Notes under the pieces: generated by a model
The model's input: the letters and a program-made list of their open reading frames with translations, nothing else
Databases searched by the model: none
What the model was told of the DNA's origin: nothing
Shown here: in pieces, positions 31,501 to 39,633 of the stretch
Layout: each line of letters opens with the position of its first letter
How positions within the stretch are numbered: the stretch's first letter is position 1
Source of the DNA: Candidatus Moraniibacteriota bacterium
GTDB taxonomy: Bacteria > Patescibacteriota > Minisyncoccia > Moranbacterales > UBA1568
Direction: 5' to 3'
NCBI GenBank assembly: GCA_052035095.1
Contig: JBPOHW010000002.1
Span: 11,405 to 75,404 of the forward strand
DNA length: 64,000 bases
Program-made: the position numbers and the translations under genes

Positions 31501-32098
31501 CCTTCTTGGCTGCCTCATTTTTTCCTGCATCTACTGTCTTCTTGGCATTTTCAATTCTTCGCTGGTAATCTTTCTCGATCTTCGTTTTATACTCCCTCTT
31601 TACTTCGTCTATCTCACTAAGGGTATTTTTAATACCCTTAATTTCCGTTTCGATGTCCGAAAAAATAAGAGACGGGAATTGACTTCTTAGGTGAGTGTGT
31701 TTAGCCAACAACTCAGTAAGCTTCACACCAGACCACGATATTCCTTCAAACCCCCGAACTTTTGACTCTTTTCTTAGAAAAGTAAGTGTGGGCTCCGGTA
31801 AATCACGGGGCGTAATAAACACCCATTTTTTAATGACATAATTTCCACTTTTTACCAATTTTTCAGCTTTTTCTAAATCCTCTCGTATCTTTCTCTTATA
31901 TCTTGTGTCATTAGCTTTTTCTGGTTTCTCAGGACAATACATCTGAAAAAGAATGCTTTGAGACGAGGAATAACCGTCATTGCCTGCATCACCCCCACTA
32001 TCGTCTACGGCCTCAAAATCCTCGTATTCCGCAGCAAGAAGAGCCTTGCAGAGGCTTGTATGAAGATCTGGTGAGGTATTTTGGCTTATTAAATCCAT
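28547..32098 (-). CDS. Large nuclease-like N-domain + TPR + PIN protein (putative defence)
   Basis: GGDAGNDG..FQMYCPE N-domain; many TPRs (YNNLG, AYTNL); PIN-like VPDIYTL..QSVLDEL..FYCDDRMLR; start at MDLISQ. Confidence 0.78.
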   Translation of the reverse strand: MDLISQNTSPDLHTSLCKALLAAEYEDFEAVDDSGGDAGNDGYSSSQSILFQMYCPEKPEKANDTRYKRKIREDLEKAEKLVKSGNYVIKKWVFITPRDLPEPTLTFLRKESKVRGFEGISWSGVKLTELLAKHTHLRSQFPSLIFSDIETEIKGIKNTLSEIDEVKREYKTKIEKDYQRRIENAKKTVDAGKNEAAKKEYELILQDLLLETEKVDSHLLFRVYNNLGVCEMNLGNLTQAGEFFEKGYAANPKDSKARGNLALAKHYKGDSEGALQIVDNLLKDNSGDEHLISIKANILYVLRRYQDLRNFLKSQKDTELRYTYEGLENIDLKQYDQAVVTFEKVLAINSENIEAHFRLAQSILVGNQDKVKDYPPDRLPKELSKSFQKATQSLEKALGILGGKDANEARENAYTNLSACYSILGEYEKSIDAAEKASAIDPKSAMPFLNKGVSLLRLGKYIEAIRSFDRYQILGGGSTDPERHIAYCALKSGNLERAEKSLSLLLAQTTNIDPDVAQLALELYSRKLEVEKVDKLLERLESELPDDSTALRVRALQLQKKGSLAVEELLRKSGEVATTPFDKELSEMELANYLFQSGKYIEAQAIFTRYVNTGRAHFANQRFAECLYNSGQYGELLRWVDRQVEVIKSNAVVRQLEAYSNLYLNNLERASILFKQLYQQDPSTLRYIVYYGSCLFRLGKENEAARTFDQIRGITKDTENLLILATCYELIGQRDVALEINYQALEADDNNPKTHLAYIFTFLKREQESGDEIDEKYIKKFQKSIGEFTKRFPEERALESIEIKDGDLSEIFKKVDFTAEITSKAVKLYKESSAPLAAIPHIAGRKPFDIWAAFIETPELGVKIAFGTPEEAKEEFLAIEDTRRGMVPDIYTLFLLGHLGKLEILPEMFEKIYIHQSVLDELTHTIEERKVSARKGITYIGKIEGRHQMSEIPPEQVQKTIEFLERVKGFIISNETFEVTGLETEHNFDEKNLVNALEDSTRDSLILAQEKRLSFYCDDRMLRAIIRRENQLNSFSTYSLVVEAEKRGVLTSEEAYEVIRKIINLHYEYVPVSAGVIFYHLKKEEYDVKKVFDLIRAVGRRETSVQSLGLVLASLFMLLAKDPAAPEKSKGKAMAEVFRVIGENHDLQEVKESILINLQSNMRPERLLHFSVLLDLMFKGLDQ

Positions 32099-32297
32099 AG
32101 AAATATCCTCTAGTATAGGAGCAAAAGAAGAATAAAGGGAGGGGCATAGAGCAGAGATACACAACTTTTTAGTTTAATTCATTACTAAACTAACCCATTA
32201 ATTAGCCGAATGAATCCTCAAAAATGTCGAAAATACCGTTGATCCAAAAAGCCCAATGAACTTATAATTTCTCCTGAAGTACTTACTCGAAGAACTA

Positions 32298-32326
32298 TTG
32301 ACTTCGCGTCATTTTGAAGCCATAAT
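32298..32326 (+). promoter_or_regulatory. Sigma70 promoter
   Basis: TTGACT-17 nt-CATAAT. Confidence 0.75.
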
Positions 32327-32332
32327 ACAGGC

Positions 32333-32495
32333 ACAATTTGTCCTAACCCCCGAGAGCAATCTCGGGGTATGGCGTAATAAACCCTAAGGAATAAAGATGG
32401 TCATCTGACCAGCACTTATTCCTTAGGTTGGATTCTCGAAAGGGTTTCCAGGCAGTCTCGAAAGGGATTGTCGCTGTGTTGGGTGACCTTTTTTG
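32333..32495 (+). ncRNA. Candidate structured leader RNA
   Basis: Multi-stem with GCAA and GAAA tetraloops, closing CCTAAC/GTTGGG, followed by T6. Confidence 0.55.
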
Positions 32496-32532
32496 TATCC
32501 AACTTTTAATCACTTACATCCCACATAAAGTT

Positions 32533-33486
32533 ATGAAAAAGTGTCCCCTCTGTTCTGAAGACATTCAGGATGATGCAAGCAAGTGTCGTTTTTGTGGTGA
32601 ATGGATTAATAAGGGATCATCGAATCGGCAGAACGAACAGCCACAGGTAAAGGATAATCGGAAAGTACTAAAAATTATTGGTTGGGTTTTCGCTATCATT
32701 TTAGGGATCACATTCTGGTACATTTCGATCCCCCTCTTGGCACCATTCCTCATCTACAAAAAAACAAGCCTGCCGAAAAAGACAAGGCTCGTCGTTTCTG
32801 GAGTTGTATTTCTGGTATTATCAGCGATTGGCGCAAGCTTCCTTTATTCGGCTAATAAAACCCCGATTCTTAGTATCAGCGAGCCAGAGAATGGGGTTAT
32901 TATTCAAGCTAAAAAGGTTTCTATTAAAGGAAAAGTGGAGCCGAAGGGAGCGGAGGTAAAAGTTGGAGATCAGACTATACCAACAAGTAATGGTGAATTT
33001 TCTTACGAAGCTCGGTTGAATAATGAAAAAAATACCTATGTATTTACCGCTAGAAATGGCTCTCATAGCACTCAATCGAGCATTGCAATAAACAGGCTTT
33101 TCACTGAAGAGGAGAAGACGGAGATCGAGAAACAAAAAATAGAGATGGAAGCGAAACAAAAAGCCGCAGAAGATGAGGAAAAGAAACAGGAGGAGGCTCA
33201 AAGACAACAGCAAATAGCCGAGCAAAAAGCTTGGGAAAGTACACGCGCAGGACAGCTCTGCAAGAAGCATCCTAAATGGAGCAGGGAAGATTGCCTTAAG
33301 GTTGCTGACAAAAAGATCTGGATAGGAATGCATTATGAGATGTTGGTTGAACTATTCGGAAAACCAAATCACGCCAACCCTTCAAACTATGGTGGTGGCA
33401 CCCAATGGCAATGGTGCTGGAATAATTACAATCCGTCTTGCTTCTACGATAATGACGATGATGGGATCGTAGACAGTTACAACTGA
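32533..33486 (+). CDS. Zn-ribbon, TM and Ig-like domain membrane protein
   Basis: MKKCPLCSE..KCRFCGEW, TM helices, Ig-like segment, coiled coil, IWIGM C-terminal domain. Confidence 0.8.
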   Translation: MKKCPLCSEDIQDDASKCRFCGEWINKGSSNRQNEQPQVKDNRKVLKIIGWVFAIILGITFWYISIPLLAPFLIYKKTSLPKKTRLVVSGVVFLVLSAIGASFLYSANKTPILSISEPENGVIIQAKKVSIKGKVEPKGAEVKVGDQTIPTSNGEFSYEARLNNEKNTYVFTARNGSHSTQSSIAINRLFTEEEKTEIEKQKIEMEAKQKAAEDEEKKQEEAQRQQQIAEQKAWESTRAGQLCKKHPKWSREDCLKVADKKIWIGMHYEMLVELFGKPNHANPSNYGGGTQWQWCWNNYNPSCFYDNDDDGIVDSYN

Positions 33487-33496
33487 GACTCGATAG

Positions 33497-33532
33497 TAAA
33501 ATCACCGGCCAGAAGCCGGTGATTTTTGTTTT
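33497..33532 (+). terminator. Intrinsic terminator
   Basis: AAAATCACCGGC-CAGAA-GCCGGTGATTTTT. Confidence 0.8.
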
Positions 33533-33588
33533 GCATTCTTGCTACATCATAAAAACAGTGCTTATGTAAAGAATAGTAATGAACTGGT

Positions 33589-34299
33589 ATGGAATCACTC
33601 AACAAAATCGCTCAACAAGAGCAGGGCTTACGCAAGGCTATTTGGTGGCTCATCAAAGAACTTCGACAAGAAAGCGAGGCCACTGACTCAGAAAAAGTGG
33701 TCTTTGTTATTAGGGAAAATAGCCACTTTTCACCAGCAGAACAAAGACGATCAATAACTTTTCTGGAAAAAGAAGGGTTATTAGAAATACTGGAAGCTAG
33801 GCTTGCTGAAAATCTGGACCGACACAAAATACTAGAAATACAGGGATTTTTTGACAAATACACTCCCCAACCTATTCGATTCACTTTGAAACTCAATATA
33901 GGGGCTTTTAAGAGTCTCTACGGGGCTTATAAAGCATTCTTTAAGGAAGAAGAGGGAGCTGTGGCACTCTCTTTTGATGAAATTTCTGGAATCCTTCACT
34001 TTAATGACAAGTCAATCCGTTTTCATCCCCAGAGTAATTCTTTCTCTATTCTGAAAGCCCTATTAAGTAGCAAGAGGTCTTCCCTGTATGAAATAGGTGA
34101 TCCGATGAGCTTCGATGAAATCAATAACGAGATTTGTTTCGATCATTCGATAGAACCAATTGCGAAAAAGGCTTTTTACAGTGCCCAAAAACACATAAAT
34201 AAAAAGGCGGCTCAGTACCTCAGTGCGCCTGAATTTACTATATTGAAAGATTCAAATCTCAGTATAAATAGAAAGTATGTTTTGTCAGAAAACTGGTAG
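33589..34299 (+). CDS. Hypothetical protein with probable C-terminal winged-helix domain
   Basis: 236-aa ORF; C-terminal half resembles OmpR-type wHTH; upstream of rep module. Confidence 0.6.
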   Translation: MESLNKIAQQEQGLRKAIWWLIKELRQESEATDSEKVVFVIRENSHFSPAEQRRSITFLEKEGLLEILEARLAENLDRHKILEIQGFFDKYTPQPIRFTLKLNIGAFKSLYGAYKAFFKEEEGAVALSFDEISGILHFNDKSIRFHPQSNSFSILKALLSSKRSSLYEIGDPMSFDEINNEICFDHSIEPIAKKAFYSAQKHINKKAAQYLSAPEFTILKDSNLSINRKYVLSENW

Positions 34300-34324
34300 A
34301 AAATTGGTAGAATTTTGGTAGAAA
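34288..34324. repeat. Three 11-bp direct repeats (GAAWWYTGGTA)
   Basis: GAAAACTGGTA GAAAATTGGTA GAATTTTGGTA GAAA. Confidence 0.75.
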
Positions 34325-34371
34325 GCGCAAGACAATCTCCCTTTAACCTGATAGCAAAACTATCAGGTTTT

Positions 34372-34572
34372 ATGTTTGAAAGGATGAACAACGGGCATAA
34401 ATCAGAGAGCGTATGCCTAAAAAAGGAGAGGGAAAGCCTAGTGAACGCTCGAGTTAGTCAAGCGAACCTTATGGATAGCCAAGAGAACCTCATCGGATTT
34501 TTTGATCTTTTACTCAAAATTGATATGCGTATCAATCCAAGTCTTTATTCTTCAAAAGATCACTATGATTGA
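34372..34572 (+). CDS. Small hypothetical protein upstream of rep
   Basis: 66 aa, NLIGFFDLLLKIDMRINP; overlaps rep start. Confidence 0.6.
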   Translation: MFERMNNGHKSESVCLKKERESLVNARVSQANLMDSQENLIGFFDLLLKIDMRINPSLYSSKDHYD

Positions 34573-35695
34573 CACGGTAATACTCTCTATACCTAGGCAG
34601 AATTTCCAACCATTTTCCAATACTCTTTCCTCAAAGTGGGATCTTTACAGTAAGAGCAATGGTTTCGAGAAATATGTAAAAAATAAAACCGACCAACAAA
34701 AGCACGACGGGATCTATAGGCCAAGAATTTCGGTTATCAAACGTGGAGGTCTCAGCTTCCTTAGGGTTGAGTTTTCCATACCAAAACTCATCTTCGGAAA
34801 CAATGTAGACGAAGTCGCTGAAAGTGACTTTGGAAACATTATCAAAATACTCCAAACCCACCTCAAAGACTTTGGGATATGTATTCACACCAAAGCCTTA
34901 GAAGAATCCCCTGTTTCTTCTTTTCACCCGTCAAAAAACATCCTTTTGAGTGAAGGGTACACGGCAAGCGGGGTGATCCGAGAACTCAAAAAAGTAAATT
35001 TGAGCACCAGGATGGACCTTAACAAAGACAGTTATCGAAACGATGGGCAGTCACTCCAATGTTACACAGGATCACATTCGCTAGTCATCTATGACAAAAT
35101 AAAAGATTTGAAGAAGCGGAAAAAGCGGGCTTTAGATAAAGATCAAACTCCTATACAGTCACCGATTTCTCATACTCTGATCTCGTCAAATAGACATATC
35201 GAAATCCTAAGGATAGAAGTCAGACTATCAAAAAAGACAAAAATGAACGCTGTGCTCGTAAAGAATAGATTCAGTTGCAACCCTGTATTCAAGGACATTT
35301 TCCGAGAGTCTGTATGTCAAAGAATAATCTTGCAGTATTGGAACGATCTTGTAACAGACAAAAACATCTTTCTTTATTCTCTCGAGTCAAACCCAAAGCG
35401 TATTCTAGAAAGAATCTTAAGAAGGAAGGGGCTTATCAAGACGAAAGAGGCCATCTACCTAACAGGTCTTCACCAGCTCTGTAAAGATGCAGGCGGTATC
35501 AGAGAACTACGGGCGTTACTAAGCCAATGCACAACCGATAGAACGTGGTATCGAATTTCTAGTGATATTAAAAAGCTTGATGCCTTGCAAGATCCCCTGC
35601 TTTGCCACCAATGGCTGGCACAAGCGCGCTCGCAACTTCAATCCTACAAACCATTGAAGATCAAAGACTTGATATGTCCAGTATCGAAACTATAA
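34565..35695 (+). CDS. Phage/plasmid rolling-circle replication protein (gene II/X-like)
   Basis: MIDTVIL, LRVEFSIPKLIFGNN, LVIYDK, ILRIEVRL motifs. Confidence 0.75.
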   Translation: MIDTVILSIPRQNFQPFSNTLSSKWDLYSKSNGFEKYVKNKTDQQKHDGIYRPRISVIKRGGLSFLRVEFSIPKLIFGNNVDEVAESDFGNIIKILQTHLKDFGICIHTKALEESPVSSFHPSKNILLSEGYTASGVIRELKKVNLSTRMDLNKDSYRNDGQSLQCYTGSHSLVIYDKIKDLKKRKKRALDKDQTPIQSPISHTLISSNRHIEILRIEVRLSKKTKMNAVLVKNRFSCNPVFKDIFRESVCQRIILQYWNDLVTDKNIFLYSLESNPKRILERILRRKGLIKTKEAIYLTGLHQLCKDAGGIRELRALLSQCTTDRTWYRISSDIKKLDALQDPLLCHQWLAQARSQLQSYKPLKIKDLICPVSKL

Positions 35696-35714
35696 TTTTA
35701 CTAACTCAACCCAT

Positions 35715-35897
35715 ATGGAAGAACAGGATAAAGAATTCTTCAAAGCAAGCGAGATAGCTGGGAGATTATCCGTTAGTGTGATGACAATTTATCGTTACAT
35801 TAAGTCGGGTAAATTAAGGGCGTACAAAATTGGTAAAGAGTTTCGTATTGAACAGATTGAGTTTGAAAGATTTCTTGAAAGCGTCAAAACCAAATAG
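35715..35897 (+). CDS. Excisionase-like HTH DNA-binding protein
   Basis: EIAGRLSVSVMTIYRYIKSGKLRAYKIGKEFRI. Confidence 0.9.
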   Translation: MEEQDKEFFKASEIAGRLSVSVMTIYRYIKSGKLRAYKIGKEFRIEQIEFERFLESVKTK

Positions 35898-35900
35898 TTT

Positions 35901-37403
35901 ATGAAAGCCGTTATCCTAGCAAGAGTCTCTACGGAAGAACAAAAAGATGCTGGCAATTCACTGCCTGCTCAAATTCATCGTTTGCAAGAATACTGTAAGC
36001 GGAAAGGGTTTGTTGCAGTAGAGACTTTCAGTTTTGATGAAAGCGCCTACAAAACTAAGCGGGACGAATTCGATAAAACACTGGAATACCTCGAAAGTAC
36101 AAAAGAAAAAATTGCCGTCTGTTTTGATAAAGTGGATAGACTTTCCCGTAATGTCTTTGATAAAAGGGTCTCCCTATTGTATGAGAAAGCCGTAGCCGAT
36201 GTTATAGAACTTCATTTCGCTTCAGATGGGCAAGTGATCAGTTCTTCAATGTCAGCCGTCGAAAAATTCCAATTCGGAATGAGTCTTGGTCTGGCGAAGT
36301 ACTATTCCGATGCGATTAGCGACAATGTGCGGCGTGCTTTTGAACAGAAACTCAGGAATGGTGAATGGATCGGGCAAGCAAGGATTGGGTACATAAACAC
36401 CCAAGATGGGGGTAAAAATGACCTCGCGCTCGACGAAGAAAAGGCTCCACTAGTCCGAAAAATGTTCGAGTTATACGCTACTGGAAACTATTCGATCAAA
36501 ACGCTCCAAAAGGAGATGGGAAAGCTCGGCCTCAAGAGCAGGAACACCAAGATCATAAGTCCCAGTATGATCCATAAAACCCTCAAGGATAAGTTTTACA
36601 TAGGCATAATGACCTCTAGGGGCAAGGAGTACCCCCATAAATACCCCATAATCGTACCGAAGATCACTTTTGATAGGGTTCAGAAAGTACTATCCAGCTA
36701 CGACAAAAAGACCATAAAATATGCCTCAAAGCCCTTTGCCCTGCGAGGGCTCATTCGTTGCAATAGGTGTAGTGGAACAATCACTGCTGAAATTGTTAAG
36801 GGGAAATACACCTACTACAGTTGTTCAAATTTTAAGGGTCTTTGCAAACGAATTTATGTCAGAGAAGAAGACTTGCTCGCACCCATTCGTGAATTGCTCC
36901 AGGCTATCCATCTTCCTCAAGATCGGGTTGATGAAGTTGTTCAAGCCCTTAAGGCTTCTAATGAAAATAAGAACCATTTCCACAAGAAGGCTTTACGACA
37001 GCTTCAACTGGAATATGAGAAGATCCAAACAAATCTTGATCGTCTCCTTGACCTCAGGATCGAAGAAAGTATTACTCAGGAGATCTATGACAAGAAATTC
37101 AAATCCTACAAAGAGCGACAATATGAGATTGCTCTAAAGCTAGAGGAGTACACTTACGCTGATGAAAGTTACCATATTGGCGTAGAAATGGTACTTTCTC
37201 TGGCTAGCCGAGCCCTTGAAATATTCAATGGTTCTGAACCAGACGAAAAACGGCAGCTTCTGAATCTTGTACTTCAGAACTGCCGCCTTTCAGGGAAAAA
37301 CCTCACATTTGAGCTCCGTTCTCCCTTTGATGCCATCCTAGAGACGGCACATCATCCTACAGTGCTCCGGCGGCAGGATTCGAACCTGCGACCAAGTGAT
37401 TAA
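35901..37403 (+). CDS. Large serine recombinase
   Basis: ARVSTEEQ catalytic Ser, DKVDRLSR, recombinase domain, Zn ribbon CNRC..YYSC; 3' end overlaps tRNA antisense. Confidence 0.95.
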   Translation: MKAVILARVSTEEQKDAGNSLPAQIHRLQEYCKRKGFVAVETFSFDESAYKTKRDEFDKTLEYLESTKEKIAVCFDKVDRLSRNVFDKRVSLLYEKAVADVIELHFASDGQVISSSMSAVEKFQFGMSLGLAKYYSDAISDNVRRAFEQKLRNGEWIGQARIGYINTQDGGKNDLALDEEKAPLVRKMFELYATGNYSIKTLQKEMGKLGLKSRNTKIISPSMIHKTLKDKFYIGIMTSRGKEYPHKYPIIVPKITFDRVQKVLSSYDKKTIKYASKPFALRGLIRCNRCSGTITAEIVKGKYTYYSCSNFKGLCKRIYVREEDLLAPIRELLQAIHLPQDRVDEVVQALKASNENKNHFHKKALRQLQLEYEKIQTNLDRLLDLRIEESITQEIYDKKFKSYKERQYEIALKLEEYTYADESYHIGVEMVLSLASRALEIFNGSEPDEKRQLLNLVLQNCRLSGKNLTFELRSPFDAILETAHHPTVLRRQDSNLRPSD

Positions 37404-37436
37404 CAGTCACCTGCGCTACCGCTGCGCCACGCCGGA
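37365..37436 (-). tRNA. tRNA-Asn (GTT), CCA not encoded
   Basis: TCCGGCG..GTGACT-GTT-AATCAC..GGTTCGAATCC..CGCCGGA-G cloverleaf. Confidence 0.96.
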
Positions 37437-37545
37437 ATATTCTCCCAAAACAAACGTCGTTTTTGGCGACAGTTGCAGTATAGGAAAGGAATCTGTTTTT
37501 GGCAAGAAATAACCCCTCTCCAAAAACAGAAAGGGGCAGAAGTCG

Positions 37546-37830
37546 TCAGTGAACCAAGGCACTTTCTCCCGGAACTTTGCACTGAACTTGAGGCTGAATA
37601 CTTGGCAGTCCCTCATTGAGGGTTTCTGCCATTTCTTTCAGAGTCTCTCGCGCTTTCTCGGGATCAATCTTTTGTAGTGCAAATCCTGCATGAACGATAA
37701 CATAGTCTCCTATTATCACCACATCATCAAGGAGCGCGATTGAAACTGGTTTTCGTACGCCACCAACATTAACGGTGGCCCAGTCATCATCAATCAATTC
37801 GACAACCTCAGCCGGAACACCAAGACACAT
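37546..37830 (-). CDS. hypC: HypC/HybG/HupF hydrogenase maturation chaperone
   Basis: MCLGVPAEVVE, GDYVIVHAGFAL; strong SD GGAGGAGGT. Confidence 0.92.
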   Translation of the reverse strand: MCLGVPAEVVELIDDDWATVNVGGVRKPVSIALLDDVVIIGDYVIVHAGFALQKIDPEKARETLKEMAETLNEGLPSIQPQVQCKVPGESALVH

Positions 37831-37884
37831 ACCTACCTCCTCCGAGAACGCCGGTTCTCGTCGTTTAAGGAACAAAAAACATCA

Positions 37885-39330
37885 CTAGTAATCCTTGAGC
37901 TTCTTCACAATGGAGTGCTCGCGGATTTTCTCGAGCGCTTTCGCTTCAATTTGTCGAATGCGTTCGCGCGTCACGCCGAATTCCTGTCCCACCTCTTCGA
38001 GTGTATGGACGATGCCATCCTCGAGTCCGAAGCGGATTTTCAAGATTTTTTGCTCGCGCGGCGAGAGCTCTTCCAAGACCTCGGCAATGTGTCCCGAGAG
38101 GAGTTTCCTCGCCGCGGATTGATGCGGCATAATTGTCTCGGTGTCTTCGATGAAGTCGCCGAGAACACTCTCATCATCCGAATCGCCGACACTCGTCTCG
38201 AGCGAAACGGTCTCCTGTGAGATCTTCTGAATATGTCGAATTTTCTCCACCTCAACGCCCATCTCAACGGCGATCTCCTCCGGCAGAGGCTCCCGACCAA
38301 GCTCCTGCACGAGGCGACGCGTCACTTGGGAATATTTATTGATCGTCTCCACCATATGAACAGGGATGCGAATCGTCCGCGATTGGTCCGCCAAAGCACG
38401 CGTAATCGCCTGTCGGATCCACCACGTCGCGTAGGTGGAAAATTTGAAGCCTTTGCGAAAATCGAATTTCTCCACAGCGCGAAAGAGTCCGATATTCCCC
38501 TCCTGCACGAGATCGAGGAGCGAAAGGTTGTGCGAACGACCGACATACTTCTTGGCAATCGAAACCACCAATCGCAAATTCGCCTCCGTCAAACGCTGTT
38601 TGGCCGAGGCATCGCCCGCTTCGATTTGCTTGGCAAGACGCACCTCCTCTTGTCCGGAAATGAGCGACACGCGACCGATCTCCCGCAAATACATTTGCAC
38701 CAAGTCCGACGAGTCGCCCCCTTCTTCTTCCGCACGCTCCGGTCCGCCCAAAATCGAAGACTCTTTCTTCTTTGGCGGCTTCTTCCCCTTTCCGGTGAAT
38801 TCCTCTCCGATCTTGTCGGTTTCGAGCTTCAGCATATCGCTCGAATCCACCACTTTGACGCCACTCGTCTCAAACTTTTCATACAGATTCTCGAGACTCT
38901 CGAGATCCTGTTCGATATCCGGCAAAATATGAATAATTTCGTCTTCCGTCACAAACCCACGCTGTCGTCCGCGAAAAAGAAGCTCATCAAAGGCGCTCGC
39001 GCGTTTGGTTTCTTTTTCCTGCTTCTTCACCTCTCGTTCCGCTTTCGTAAGCGGAGTTTTCTTCTCGAGATGTATCGACTTTTTGGGCGCCGATCCCTTC
39101 TTCGGTGTCGGTTTTTTGGCTAACTGACGATTGGATCCGGATTTTTTCAGCGGCTTTTTCTTAACCGTAGGCGCTTTCTTTGTATTCTTGGAGTGCTTCA
39201 TGGGAGTTTTCGATTTCTTGGATACGGACCGAACGTGTTTCTTCGCCGGCTTTGCGGGCGATTTCTTCTTGGAGAGCAATTTCGCCTTCTTCTTGGACGA
39301 AGCAGAGCGAGAAGCGGGTATGCGCGCCAT
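37885..39330 (-). CDS. rpoD: Primary sigma factor with Lys-rich N-terminal extension
   Basis: [51 protein letters not shown]. Confidence 0.97.
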   Translation of the reverse strand: MARIPASRSASSKKKAKLLSKKKSPAKPAKKHVRSVSKKSKTPMKHSKNTKKAPTVKKKPLKKSGSNRQLAKKPTPKKGSAPKKSIHLEKKTPLTKAEREVKKQEKETKRASAFDELLFRGRQRGFVTEDEIIHILPDIEQDLESLENLYEKFETSGVKVVDSSDMLKLETDKIGEEFTGKGKKPPKKKESSILGGPERAEEEGGDSSDLVQMYLREIGRVSLISGQEEVRLAKQIEAGDASAKQRLTEANLRLVVSIAKKYVGRSHNLSLLDLVQEGNIGLFRAVEKFDFRKGFKFSTYATWWIRQAITRALADQSRTIRIPVHMVETINKYSQVTRRLVQELGREPLPEEIAVEMGVEVEKIRHIQKISQETVSLETSVGDSDDESVLGDFIEDTETIMPHQSAARKLLSGHIAEVLEELSPREQKILKIRFGLEDGIVHTLEEVGQEFGVTRERIRQIEAKALEKIREHSIVKKLKDY

Positions 39331-39498
39331 AAAAAAGAGAAGAGAAAAGAGACAATCTTACCCGATTGTCTTTCGCCTCTTGTATTAACCACTTTCATCC
39401 TACACGAGAGCGGAGAGAGAGTCAAAAAATTCGCACCAAAAAGTTCTCAAAAATACAACGGGGCGATCATACATTTATGTCGCCCCGTAAACAACTCT

Positions 39499-39612
39499 TC
39501 ACAAGAAACACAAAGCTCCGACAAACGCGAAGAAAACAAAAAGACGAAGACTGATCTGCGAAGAAGTCACGTCCATTCGCAGTATCTCCCGCCCGCGTTT
39601 ACGACCGTTCAT
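39499..39612 (-). CDS. 37-aa small membrane peptide (below ORF cutoff)
   Basis: SD GGGAGGTG; MNGRKRGREILRMDVTSSQISLRLFVFFAFVGALCFL. Confidence 0.5.
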   Translation of the reverse strand: MNGRKRGREILRMDVTSSQISLRLFVFFAFVGALCFL

Positions 39613-39633
39613 ACGACACCTCCCGCCATCAAG

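Larger units (their letters stand above)
28469..37368. mobile_element. ~8.9-kb integrative element at tRNA-Asn (serine recombinase, Xis, RCR Rep)
   Basis: Bounded by a TGCTCC core at 28470-75 and 37363-68; lower GC; recombinase abuts tRNA. Confidence 0.75.
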
